Shown here piece by piece: positions 20,318-28,875 of a stretch of 64,000 bases of DNA. The stretch is taken from IMG/VR virus record IMGVR_UViG_2974586480_000001. The stretch is one strand, 5' to 3'. A model generated the notes under the pieces. The model did not search any database. It was not told the DNA's origin and saw only the letters and a list, made by a program, of their open reading frames with translations. The DNA is from a virus. Taxonomy: Duplodnaviria; Heunggongvirae; Uroviricota; Caudoviricetes. Numbering within the stretch: the first letter of the stretch is position 1; each line of letters starts with the position of its first letter. Made by a program: the position numbers and the translations under genes.

Positions 20318-20998
20318 ATGACCGCTATCACTCTGCAATCCCAAATGACCGCCGCTGAAGTCAAAGCCCGCATCGTGGAAGTCGGCGAGCATGAAAAGAT
20401 CTCCAAGGCCATGATCGCTCAAGTTGCGCTGGAATGTCTGGCCCATGCCGTCCAGCACGGCGATATCACCCTGACCACCGACCTGATCCAGAACGTGACC
20501 GCCGGCAACCGTACCGCCATCGTGCTGCTGTTCAAGGAAACCACCGCGTTTTCCTACAACCAAAAGGAAAAGGCTTTCGGCAAGAAAGACAAGGCCGATG
20601 CGGAAACCTTGGCAGAAAAGGAAAAGGCCCTGCAAACTTTCCTGACCAAATATCAGGGCAATATCTGGGCATGGTACGAAAAGACCAAAGAGGACAAGAT
20701 CGTTTCTGCCAAGTTTAACGAAAAGGCACTGATCAAGCAACTCGGGGCCTATCTGGCTGAAAAGGGTCTGTCCGCCTTTGACGACAATTTTCAGACCATT
20801 CTGGCCCGTGCTCAAGGCGCTGCCGTTCAAGAGCACCACAAGGCGACCCTGATCAATGCCCGTGTGGCCGAACTCATGGAAACCCTGAATCTGGACAAGG
20901 ACGTGGCGACCATGCAAGCCGAGAAAGATTACGACGCTGGCCGCCTGACCGCTACCGCCGCCAATGATCAACCGGCTGCCGAACAAGCCGCCGCCTAA
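20318..20998 (+). CDS. hypothetical protein encoded in a GC-rich compositional island
   Basis: 226 aa with an AAGGAA RBS. The local GC is roughly 58%, against roughly 43% elsewhere. A plus-strand terminator follows directly. The antisense 247-aa ORF is judged spurious. Confidence 0.55.
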   Translation: MTAITLQSQMTAAEVKARIVEVGEHEKISKAMIAQVALECLAHAVQHGDITLTTDLIQNVTAGNRTAIVLLFKETTAFSYNQKEKAFGKKDKADAETLAEKEKALQTFLTKYQGNIWAWYEKTKEDKIVSAKFNEKALIKQLGAYLAEKGLSAFDDNFQTILARAQGAAVQEHHKATLINARVAELMETLNLDKDVATMQAEKDYDAGRLTATAANDQPAAEQAAA

Positions 20999-21016
20999 GG
21001 GCAAGTGATAAAACAA

Positions 21017-21045
21017 AGGGCTGTTATTTTGCAGCCCTTGATTTT
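21017..21045 (+). terminator. rho-independent terminator
   Basis: AGGGCTG-TTATTTTG-CAGCCCT followed by TGATTTT. Confidence 0.55.
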
Positions 21046-21452
21046 ACATTTGTCAATATGTAGGGAAATTGTATGATGGATTATTAAGCCGTTAAAAGCG
21101 GCCACCTACAAGGGCAAGTCATAATTGCCCCCTGAGTCTCACATGTTGGGAGCTGGTGTCGTGTCCAGTCAAGGTTACATATACAAAACCACGTGGGTAA
21201 AGCAGGTTAGGATCCAAAGCGACTAACTACCCGTTATAAGCGGCGAAAGAGCGACGGAACTAGGCTTGGCTACCCGCCACCGGTCGGGGTGAACCGGTAC
21301 ACAAATTATTTACTACGGCGACGCGCGTGTTAAATAGGTATCAAAAATGAAATTGACAATTGAAAACGTTAATATAATTCTTGTCCGCCTGTTACCGCTG
21401 TTAACTGATAGCCAGATAGCCAGATTAAAAACAATAACCATAGGGCTTTGAT

Positions 21453-21965
21453 ATGGAAATAAAAACACGAAACCCTTTGAATGCGAACCCAAGGACGACT
21501 GTTATCACGTCCCCTAAATTTCCTGATAAAAAAGGGAGAATTATTCGTCAATTTCCTAAACCGAAACTGGTAGAATGCTGGTTTCGGGATGTCGGATTTG
21601 TGGTTATGCGACCCGATGAATTGATTGCAGTAAAGGACGATGGATCCCTTGAAACTGTAAAAGGGGATGAATCCAGATCGGTGCACGGTACTGGTGCGGC
21701 TGGTAATCGCCTTGCGGCATTCCTGAAATCAAAAAGAGAAAAGGAATTAGCCCAAGAGGTGGCCAAAAAGGAAAGAGCTCAATGGGCCGAGCCAATGAAA
21801 ACACCCACTAAACAATTATCTAAGAAGGCATCAAGGATAATTGAATCCGGTAAATCTGAGGATGAGATAAATTACCAATTGAGAATGAATCTCACTAAAG
21901 ATATGGGGGTGTCCCATAAGAAGGGGGCAAAAGTCAGGGTAAACGCCGAGCAGGTACAAAAATGA
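21453..21965 (+). CDS. hypothetical protein
   Basis: 170-aa ORF coupled (ATGA overlap) to the next ORF. Confidence 0.5.
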   Translation: MEIKTRNPLNANPRTTVITSPKFPDKKGRIIRQFPKPKLVECWFRDVGFVVMRPDELIAVKDDGSLETVKGDESRSVHGTGAAGNRLAAFLKSKREKELAQEVAKKERAQWAEPMKTPTKQLSKKASRIIESGKSEDEINYQLRMNLTKDMGVSHKKGAKVRVNAEQVQK

Positions 21966-22195
21966 TTCAAGTTTCCTTTCGTGTTCCAAATAACCTTTTA
22001 GTCCATATCAAAGACAACGGATCCCTAACAACGGATGGTGTAGAATTTAACACCGCAAAGGTTAGGGATAAGTTAGGTTTTGTTATTGGTTTCATTGCTC
22101 ACTTTGAATCGAGTGACGTTAAGAAGGTTATAAAAGTTGAGTCAATGTTAAAGAAGTCTGGCATTGATTATGTTACCAGAACGATAAAAGGATAA
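21962..22195 (+). CDS. hypothetical protein
   Basis: 77-aa ORF followed by a strong terminator. Confidence 0.45.
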   Translation: MIQVSFRVPNNLLVHIKDNGSLTTDGVEFNTAKVRDKLGFVIGFIAHFESSDVKKVIKVESMLKKSGIDYVTRTIKG

Positions 22196-22214
22196 CCAGT
22201 AGTTAAGATAAAGT

Positions 22215-22238
22215 GCCCGCCTTTGAGCGGGCTTTTTT
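22215..22238 (+). terminator. rho-independent terminator
   Basis: GCCCGC-CTTTGA-GCGGGC followed by TTTTTT. Confidence 0.7.
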
Positions 22239-22329
22239 ATTACCTATTTAGTTTCACCTGAAACAAGCGGCGGCGTCCTTTGGATAGCTGGCCGCTGTTT
22301 CGTCACCGTAGTAAAAGCGCCGGAAATTT

Positions 22330-22690
22330 CAGGGGGCCTGTGATGCCGCTACTGTTTTATGATTAGGTAATCTTTACAAAAAGTGAAACCTGCCAAATCT
22401 GAGATCAAAAATCAACCAAAAACCTAATGGTTCACTATAACGTTAACGAGACGTTAGGGAGTGAGTTATGAAGCTGTTGTTTTATGAGTAGATGATTTCT
22501 TAAATCGAGTAGAAATTTCAGAGCCGCGAACCCTTTTGTGGGTGAATCCATGTAAAATAAGCAACTTCCTATCCATGGAATAGGATTAACAAGCTCCTAT
22601 GTCGGGGCAAGGAAACCGGTATGCCGTACCACATGTTGTTGTTTAATTAGGTAGTTTTTAACCAAACGTGACTTTTAATAACCGGTCTGA
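22330..22690 (+). repeat. Three copies of a roughly 25-nt direct repeat (consensus CTGTTGTTTTATGAtTAGgTaaTtTtt) in an ORF-free 600-nt region
   Basis: Copies at about 22343, 22468 and 22632. Each carries a TATGAT/TATGAG/TTTAAT -10-like hexamer. Terminators lie at 22215 and 22796. Confidence 0.45.
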
Positions 22691-22745
22691 CCACATATGT
22701 TTCGATGTATAGTGGTGGGGTGTAGTTTGTCAGCGACAGGCTACA

Positions 22746-22826
22746 CCTCAAAGGGTATTCTATGAGTGCTCTTTGAGGTGATTCCCCTATGTTTAGCCCC
22801 GAAACAAGAGGAGTAGGGGCTTTTTT
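22746..22826 (+). terminator. Tandem hairpins with a terminal rho-independent terminator
   Basis: A perfect 8-bp stem CCTCAAAG...CTTTGAGG at 22746-22777, then GCCCC-gaaacaagaggagta-GGGGC followed by TTTTTT at 22796-22826. Confidence 0.5.
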
Positions 22827-22832
22827 CAAGGA

Positions 22833-23111
22833 TTGAATATGAAACGCTTTATCTTTACCGTTTCTTTACTTTTGTCAAGTGTTTTACATGCTGAGGCACA
22901 AGAAACAGTCTTTGTTCCATCATCTGAATGGAATCAAATGGTTGAAAAGTTGAAAAACTGTAAAGTTGCAGACGTTGATCTCGATGAAACACCTACAACT
23001 TATGGTTTTCAGTGTGAAGATTGGATGATTTACGCTGATACTGATATTGTTTCTGAAATTTCTATTGTGGAAATTGAAGGGATTATCTATTTACCAGATA
23101 ACCAGCGTTAA
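22833..23111 (+). CDS. secreted small protein (signal peptide)
   Basis: 92 aa with an N-terminal signal-like 'MNMKRFIFTVSLLLSSVLHAEAQ'. Confidence 0.45.
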   Translation: MNMKRFIFTVSLLLSSVLHAEAQETVFVPSSEWNQMVEKLKNCKVADVDLDETPTTYGFQCEDWMIYADTDIVSEISIVEIEGIIYLPDNQR

Positions 23112-23143
23112 GCTCCGGTTAAGCAGTATTCTTACAGGTTTTT

Positions 23144-23491
23144 ATGGAATTAAATTATTGTAATCGGGTAATAAAATCAAAATACCCGATGTTTGATGTG
23201 GTAAAAGCGTCACAAAATGGGCTGGGACAAATTCTTTGTGAAGGTCTGAGCGAACGAGAGTTCCATTCAGTCATGGTTAAACGTGGAAACATTCAAGCCT
23301 ATTGTCGTTTTGCAGATTTGAAACCAAAAACGAAAGTTGAACTATTTTATGACTACGATTGCAAGAACAAAATCGCAATTGACCCAGTGAGATCGGAAAT
23401 ACTCACTCAACTTTCTAGTAAAATTTTAGTAAAACGAGTTGTTAAGAAAAAGTTTCTGATAGGTATTGACGGATCAATACATATGTGTTAA
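23144..23491 (+). CDS. hypothetical protein
   Basis: 115-aa ORF. Confidence 0.4.
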   Translation: MELNYCNRVIKSKYPMFDVVKASQNGLGQILCEGLSEREFHSVMVKRGNIQAYCRFADLKPKTKVELFYDYDCKNKIAIDPVRSEILTQLSSKILVKRVVKKKFLIGIDGSIHMC

Positions 23492-23545
23492 AATAAATAA
23501 TTAAATAATAATATATTAATAAGAAGTAATAATAAGAATATATTA
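23492..23545. other. extremely AT-rich tract (possible DNA-unwinding element)
   Basis: AAATAAATAATTAAATAATAATATATTAATAAGAAGTAATAATAAGAATATATTA. Confidence 0.3.
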
Positions 23546-23747
23546 TCCACGATTACCGCCTGCCCTTGCTATTGCCCACTACCAAAACCGGATAGCAGGG
23601 GTGGGCACCTTCTTGCAGTGTAGAACCCGCCTAGAATCGCGTATATTCAATTACTACGGTGATGCTGGTGCTACCCCATTGTTTAGACCTTCTTGCCTCT
23701 CATAATCGGATTGAGAGGTTCTGGCATTTTAGGTGTTTTTTAACCTG

Positions 23748-23775
23748 CCCTTCTCGCCGGAAGGGTTTTTTAAAA
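23748..23775 (+). terminator. rho-independent terminator
   Basis: CCCTTC-TCGCCG-GAAGGG followed by TTTTTT. Confidence 0.55.
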
Positions 23776-23808
23776 AGTACCACAACTTAATTCAGTGGAG
23801 AAAATGAG

Positions 23809-24018
23809 ATGGATTTTATCATTGCCCTGTTGATGCTTCTTGTATTTAATTTCGGTAGTGAAATCCTCATAGGTTTTGGGGTGATGGGTGTGTTGTATGT
23901 GGTTAAACCCGATCAAACACTGAAACTTCTGAAAATAGTTGGTAAGTCTTTTCTTGGCCTTGCCCTCATTATCATTTTCTTTAAGGATTTTCTACCATGG
24001 CTATCGAACCTGCTGTAA
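23809..24018 (+). CDS. small membrane protein
   Basis: 69 aa and hydrophobic. Confidence 0.4.
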   Translation: MDFIIALLMLLVFNFGSEILIGFGVMGVLYVVKPDQTLKLLKIVGKSFLGLALIIIFFKDFLPWLSNLL

Positions 24019-24530
24019 TGGTGTGCCTTTTGCTCCTCCCTCCGATAGCATTAATCATCTTGTCTGTTTATGAACTCATTTCACACAGACTGTCGGAGAT
24101 AAAAAGGCTAAAAGCAGAAATTGAATTTGCTTGCTACCTTCTTAGAAAGTGGGGGTATCTCTCAGATAACTCCCATGAAAACATTGTAGGGTTGTGCAAA
24201 GAGGTTAAGTGGGATTTAGAAGAACTTGATCGTCGGAGAGATTATCTGTTTGGCCTTGTCCATCGGGCAGAGAGAATTAGAAAGGCTGAAAAAATTAAGA
24301 AGAAGGCTAAAGAATCTTTCAAAGAAGAAAACCAAACACAAAGAACTCCTCCGAAAAGACCTTCAACTGTACAAGAAATGCTCGGTCTGCGTAATGGTTT
24401 CTCCAAAGAGGAACTTAAAAAATCTTACAGGGCTTGGATGATGAAGAACCACCCTGACAAAAACCCGAATGCCGACGTTAAATTGATTCAAACTGTTAAT
24501 GATTGGTATGCAAAGGAGCGGGCAAGATGA
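23997..24530 (+). CDS. membrane-anchored J-domain (DnaJ-like) protein
   Basis: An N-terminal TM helix and a C-terminal 'KEELKKSYRAWMMKNHPDKNPNADVKLIQTVNDWYA' with the HPD motif. Confidence 0.6.
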   Translation: MAIEPAVMVCLLLLPPIALIILSVYELISHRLSEIKRLKAEIEFACYLLRKWGYLSDNSHENIVGLCKEVKWDLEELDRRRDYLFGLVHRAERIRKAEKIKKKAKESFKEENQTQRTPPKRPSTVQEMLGLRNGFSKEELKKSYRAWMMKNHPDKNPNADVKLIQTVNDWYAKERAR

Positions 24531-24796
24531 AAAAGTTTTTTATTTTTATGCTGGCCCTCGTTTCTTTTTCGGCGTTTAGCTGGGAAGGTTATGACTGGGA
24601 AGCTGGGAACTACGTCGAGATCACAGAAGAAGCCTATGTCTCTGAAGGGGATGAGGTAGAAATCTATGACTATTCGGCTGGTGAATATCGTTGGGTTCAA
24701 GTGACAGATGTTACTGAAACTGAAGAATCGGTTGAAGTAGAGGTCTATGACCAAACGGCTGACAAAACTCGTTACCTTGATATGGACAATGAATGA
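24527..24796 (+). CDS. small acidic secreted protein
   Basis: ATG at 24527 after an AAAGGAG RBS, a signal-like N-terminus and an acidic body. Confidence 0.45.
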   Translation: MKKFFIFMLALVSFSAFSWEGYDWEAGNYVEITEEAYVSEGDEVEIYDYSAGEYRWVQVTDVTETEESVEVEVYDQTADKTRYLDMDNE

Positions 24797-25554
24797 TGAA
24801 AAAGATACTGATTGCAGGCTTCATCGGCCTGTCAGCTCTGCTGGTTGGTGGTTGTGGTGATGGACTGACTGACAGGGAGGAATCCTGTCTCGCTGCCACT
24901 GGTAACATCGACTGCAAATCCGCAGCTGAGTTGGAGTTGGAAAAAGCCCGAATTCAAGCCAATGCCGATGTTCAAATCGCCAAAGCCCAAGGTATCATGA
25001 ACGGTGCCTCTGCCCCTATGCAATCAGAGGTAGCGCCCGGCCAGTACACGAATTACTACGGTGACGAGCGCTACGGCCAATGGAAACAGGATGGCACCTT
25101 CCAATTCAACGACCCGACTTCCAGCTGGGCCGAAAGCACCAACGCATTTCTGCTGGGTGCTGGCTTGGGGGGTTTGGCTGGCTACATGGCTACCAAAGCC
25201 GCCAGTCGTGGTGAATGGAAGAAATCCTATCCCAATGGCTATACCCCGAAAACCTACACCACCAAGACCTATATGGACAAAAGTGGTAAAACTATCAGCA
25301 AATCCGAATACGAACGTCGGGTTGCCCAGTCCAACAAAGACCGGATGAAATATCAGATGGAGCAGAACCGTAAGAAGTTCAACTCCAGCAAGCCACAAGT
25401 TGGATACAAACCCGCTGCCAAACCCACTATGGTAAAACCTGGGCAGCCTAATCCTCAGGTTAAGCACAACACTCCGGTACGTAAGCCGGTATACCAACCC
25501 AAAATGAAGCCCTTCAAGCCGAATTACGGCGGGAGCAGCAAGAAGCGTAAATAA
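24793..25554 (+). CDS. lipoprotein
   Basis: The lipobox 'LLVGGCGDG' follows a signal peptide. 253 aa. One copy of the TACTACGGTGAC motif lies inside the gene. Confidence 0.5.
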   Translation: MMKKILIAGFIGLSALLVGGCGDGLTDREESCLAATGNIDCKSAAELELEKARIQANADVQIAKAQGIMNGASAPMQSEVAPGQYTNYYGDERYGQWKQDGTFQFNDPTSSWAESTNAFLLGAGLGGLAGYMATKAASRGEWKKSYPNGYTPKTYTTKTYMDKSGKTISKSEYERRVAQSNKDRMKYQMEQNRKKFNSSKPQVGYKPAAKPTMVKPGQPNPQVKHNTPVRKPVYQPKMKPFKPNYGGSSKKRK

Positions 25555-25562
25555 CAAAACAA

Positions 25563-25597
25563 GGCCCCAGTAACTCCTTCTGGGGCTTTTTATTTTT
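25563..25597 (+). terminator. rho-independent terminator
   Basis: GGCCCCA-gtaactccttc-TGGGGC followed by TTTTTATTTTT. Confidence 0.6.
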
Positions 25598-25612
25598 AAA
25601 CAGGAGGTATTA

Positions 25613-26035
25613 ATGGATTTCGCATCAGCATTACTCTGTCTAACTTTGGCAATCTTTAAAGAAGCCGAGGGTGAAGGGTTAGAAAATATGCGAGTTGTTG
25701 GCGACGTAATTATCAACAGGGTTCAAAATGATCAGTTCCCAAAAGATGTATGTTCAGTTGTTCTTCAACGAAAACAATTCAGTTGGGCTAATGGTCTAAG
25801 AGATAGATCAATTGGTAGTTTGGTGGATGTTCAAGCTAATACCCTCCTGAAGATTGGAATGGATGATATTAGGTTGAATGCCTACAGAGATTCTGAAGCT
25901 GTAGCAAGATACGTTTTGTCAAAGGATTACAAAACAAAGTACAAGTTTTTGTACTTCTACAGTGGAAAGAAGCGCCCACATTGGGCCAAAAACAAACAGG
26001 GCCTCAAGAAGGGCCGAAACACTTTCGTGAGGTAA
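25613..26035 (+). CDS. cell-wall hydrolase (SleB/CwlJ Hydrolase_2-like). Candidate endolysin.
   Basis: 'IFKEAEGEGLENMRVVGDVIINRVQNDQFPKDVCSVVLQRKQFSW' matches the conserved ArtIyaEA...VILNRv...FP.tiC.Vv.Q..QFS pattern of SleB-type hydrolases. Confidence 0.6.
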   Translation: MDFASALLCLTLAIFKEAEGEGLENMRVVGDVIINRVQNDQFPKDVCSVVLQRKQFSWANGLRDRSIGSLVDVQANTLLKIGMDDIRLNAYRDSEAVARYVLSKDYKTKYKFLYFYSGKKRPHWAKNKQGLKKGRNTFVR

Positions 26036-26039
26036 GGAA

Positions 26040-26402
26040 ATGCGTAAATACAACCTGATTCGTAACGACCAAGCGCCGATGGATATCTTGGCTGAGAAGT
26101 TCAAAACCGACAGCAAGGATTACATTTTCTCCAAATATGATCCTGTTACTACCTACGACGTGGTGGTAGCAATCATTCCGGTAAGCTCGGTTGTTCAGAT
26201 CACCTCTGAAGAAATCGAGGCACCCAAGCGTAATTACAAGATTACCATGATGGGAGACAAGGTTGAACATGTGTGCGCTGAGTGTGCCGTCATCATGGAA
26301 GGTGACATGGTGTTCCTGAATTACGATGGTGACTACACCAGTTTTACTACGGTGACGCAGTTGCCTGTGAATAAAATCATCAAAACGGAAGTGGTGGATT
26401 AA
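26040..26402 (+). CDS. hypothetical protein
   Basis: 120-aa ORF containing one TACTACGGTGAC copy near its 3' end. Confidence 0.45.
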   Translation: MRKYNLIRNDQAPMDILAEKFKTDSKDYIFSKYDPVTTYDVVVAIIPVSSVVQITSEEIEAPKRNYKITMMGDKVEHVCAECAVIMEGDMVFLNYDGDYTSFTTVTQLPVNKIIKTEVVD

Positions 26403-26403
26403 C

Positions 26404-26544
26404 ATGAAAGCCCTTACAGTAATGTCAACCGCACTCAACTCCCTTGGTTTTGTTTTTGTTGTTGAACCTGTTGTATCGGGCTTTTGTGCTTTGATGGTTG
26501 TAGCATCAGTCACAACCTTTTTCTGCATTCTGGAGATGAAGTAA
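26404..26544 (+). CDS. small hydrophobic protein (47 aa), possibly holin-like
   Basis: An ATG one nt after the previous stop, encoding MKALTVMSTALNSLGFVFVVEPVVSGFCALMVVASVTTFFCILEMK. It is not in the ORF track because it is shorter than 60 aa. Confidence 0.3.
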   Translation: MKALTVMSTALNSLGFVFVVEPVVSGFCALMVVASVTTFFCILEMK

Positions 26545-27090
26545 ATGATGATCAAAAAGAAACTCAAAGAGTGGGGGCGGGAAGGGAATGCCTGCTTCCT
26601 GTGGATGTACTCGGAAACTTCCAGTGCCATCAAGGTGTTTGCACAATTCCGAAAGGATGGGATGATTGGTGCTCCAGGTGGTAAGGTGGAGAACGGGGAG
26701 AGTTTGGAACAAGGCCTGTTCCGTGAGGTGTATGAGGAAACGGGGATTGACATTCGACCGTATGCCCACTACATCGAGCTTTTGTGCACAATGTCTCGGA
26801 TTGGTAGCCAAAAGCACTCTCATGCCTATGCTCTCAAGGTTTCTGAGAAGGTTCTGTCTGATTTCCAGAAACACGCTGCCACCCGTGCAGGGTCTCATGC
26901 TGAGGAGAGCAACGGTTTTATCCTCCTACCGTTCAACTCATGGGGAACCTATCACAATGTGATGGGGCATAACTTCTCCTACTCTGCAAAAGAGGAACTT
27001 CAAGAACTCCTGAATCGTTCCTTTAATACATCTTTTGATGTTGGTCAGTGGGATGCACTTGTTTCTAAGGGTAATACTAAGGATAAGTAA
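26545..27090 (+). CDS. Nudix hydrolase
   Basis: Nudix box 'GGKVENGESLEQGLFREVYEETGI'. Confidence 0.7.
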   Translation: MMIKKKLKEWGREGNACFLWMYSETSSAIKVFAQFRKDGMIGAPGGKVENGESLEQGLFREVYEETGIDIRPYAHYIELLCTMSRIGSQKHSHAYALKVSEKVLSDFQKHAATRAGSHAEESNGFILLPFNSWGTYHNVMGHNFSYSAKEELQELLNRSFNTSFDVGQWDALVSKGNTKDK

Positions 27091-27173
27091 TAAGGAATAG
27101 TAATATTCCCCTCGGCCTTCGACCTTAGTAAGTGCAGTAATCAACCCACCCATTACAATATTTTGGTGGATTT

Positions 27174-27593
27174 ATGTCAGAAATAATTGGTTACTGGTTC
27201 ATGGTGAGCCTTGGAGTTTTACCTGCCGTGATAACCCTTTTGGTAATCTGTGAAGGCTATGCTGATAGTCAGGTAAAGAAAATCACAAGAGGGAGACACG
27301 GGGTAGATTTCTTAAAGTACAACCCAGAGTGGATGTCTGTTGTAATAATCATTGGATTGATTGAAGTACTCATCATGGTTATTGCAACACTGATAACTGT
27401 GTGCGAGGACTTGAAAAAGAATCTCTACGTTGACATGGTTGACTCCACCGCAGTTTTCTTTGCACCTGTTGCAGTTTGGGTGTTCTGGTTGATTGTGGCA
27501 TTTATGGTATTCCACGTAGGTGTAACCTTGTGGGGTAACTATCTCAATCTTTCGGATACTATATCTGACAAGGAGGGTGGAAAAAATGCTTGA
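27174..27593 (+). CDS. membrane protein, paralog 1 of a tandem triplet (IGYW family)
   Basis: N-terminal 'MSEIIGYWFMVSL'. It has multiple TM segments and overlaps the next paralog. Confidence 0.5.
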   Translation: MSEIIGYWFMVSLGVLPAVITLLVICEGYADSQVKKITRGRHGVDFLKYNPEWMSVVIIIGLIEVLIMVIATLITVCEDLKKNLYVDMVDSTAVFFAPVAVWVFWLIVAFMVFHVGVTLWGNYLNLSDTISDKEGGKNA

Positions 27594-28029
27594 TGTAATT
27601 GGCTACTGGTCGGTAGTATCCCTGATGATTGCACCCCTATTAGCGTTCCCCGTTATAGGGTTTACGTGGTATGTTGACTACGTTCTTCAAAAATATGCAG
27701 GATGGAGTCATCGACTGATTTGGTGGGAGAAACTCTGCGACAGAGATTTTACCGATTTGGAGATCTCGATAAGCATCGCCGGTTGTGCTATGGCAGTGAT
27801 TGAAGGCTTCGCCCTATTGATAACAACCATTCACTACATCGTCTCCGACGACAAGCAACATGACTACCTCGTACTAATCAAATGGATGGGTACTACTTTT
27901 GGCCCCACTTTTGGTCTGGTAGTGGCTGCTATAGCCGTTTTTATTGGGTTCCACCTTCTGTTGGTGGGTTATGCAAAATGCCTGAGCTTAAATGATAAAG
28001 TGAAGGCCAAGGAGAAGAAAGATGTTTGA
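27577..28029 (+). CDS. membrane protein, paralog 2 (IGYW family)
   Basis: N-terminal 'MLDVIGYWSVVSL'. It overlaps both neighbours. Confidence 0.5.
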   Translation: MEKMLDVIGYWSVVSLMIAPLLAFPVIGFTWYVDYVLQKYAGWSHRLIWWEKLCDRDFTDLEISISIAGCAMAVIEGFALLITTIHYIVSDDKQHDYLVLIKWMGTTFGPTFGLVVAAIAVFIGFHLLLVGYAKCLSLNDKVKAKEKKDV

Positions 28030-28432
28030 CATTATTGGTTACTGGGTTGCTGCAACCGTGTTCTGTGTTCCACCGTTCCTGCTGCTCGGCATGATTTTGC
28101 TGACCACGGCGAACACCCAAGTCCGTAAAGAGTCTGGTGGGAAGTTCAACATTCCGTTGTACAACAAGCTCCGTGACAGCGTGAATGACATTGACAATGT
28201 CTGGATCTCTGTCAGCATCGCAAGCTTCCCCTCGGCAATCTTGCTGTTGACTTTCGGCATTGATGGTTATCAACGTTGCAGCCTCGTTGGTTGGATTTCC
28301 AAAGCTTCTGAAGCGTTTTCAGGATTCTTTGGTGGCTTGGGGATGGTAGTGGTAGCCCTCATTGCAGTGAAGATGTTGGCCAAGCTGTATGCCAAATTCA
28401 TCATCCTTTCTGAGAAGGTTAAAACGCTGTAA
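28022..28432 (+). CDS. membrane protein, paralog 3 (IGYW family)
   Basis: N-terminal 'MFDIIGYWVAATVF'. Confidence 0.5.
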   Translation: MFDIIGYWVAATVFCVPPFLLLGMILLTTANTQVRKESGGKFNIPLYNKLRDSVNDIDNVWISVSIASFPSAILLLTFGIDGYQRCSLVGWISKASEAFSGFFGGLGMVVVALIAVKMLAKLYAKFIILSEKVKTL

Positions 28433-28597
28433 GAGCGATCTTAAACATGGGTAAGGTGGTTGCCTTGCCCATCATTAAGAATGCGTTCTAGTGCATTTCT
28501 GGAGGCCCTATGGGTTGGTTATTTGTGTTCTTGGTAGCTATCATTGTGATTTGCTATCGTTTCATGTTGTATGTACTCAAAGAATCGGAGAAATACG

Positions 28598-28867
28598 ATG
28601 AGTGAAAAAGTTGTTCGAATTATTGACCTGACCAAAGCTGGTAAGAGCCTTTTCACCGGCACTGATAGTGGTAAAAAGGTTGCTGACAAGTCGGATGTAC
28701 GTGGTTTGGTTCGACTGGAAATTAAGTCGGATAAAAAGCTTCTGGTTACTTCATCCTTCTTCTCCGGCCTTCTTAGCAAGGTTGATATGAAGAACTCTGA
28801 AGTTCACTACATCGGCCTGTCTGATCAGAGCAAATGCGAACTGAAACGGGCTCTTAAAGGGCTCTAA
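28598..28867 (+). CDS. hypothetical protein
   Basis: ATG at 28598 after a GGAGAAA RBS. 89 aa. Confidence 0.45.
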   Translation: MSEKVVRIIDLTKAGKSLFTGTDSGKKVADKSDVRGLVRLEIKSDKKLLVTSSFFSGLLSKVDMKNSEVHYIGLSDQSKCELKRALKGL

Positions 28868-28875
28868 GGATTAGC

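Noticed and set aside
20273-21016. 247-aa minus-strand ORF overlapping the GC-rich gene
   Set aside because: It is antisense to an ORF that has an RBS and a same-strand terminator. High GC content inflates spurious antisense ORFs.
25024-25716. 230-aa minus-strand ORF
   Set aside because: It is antisense to the lipoprotein gene and the start of the SleB-like gene. It has no RBS and lies in a region transcribed on the plus strand.
26004-26898. 249-aa and 130-aa minus-strand ORFs
   Set aside because: They are antisense to the Nudix gene and its neighbours. They have no RBS.
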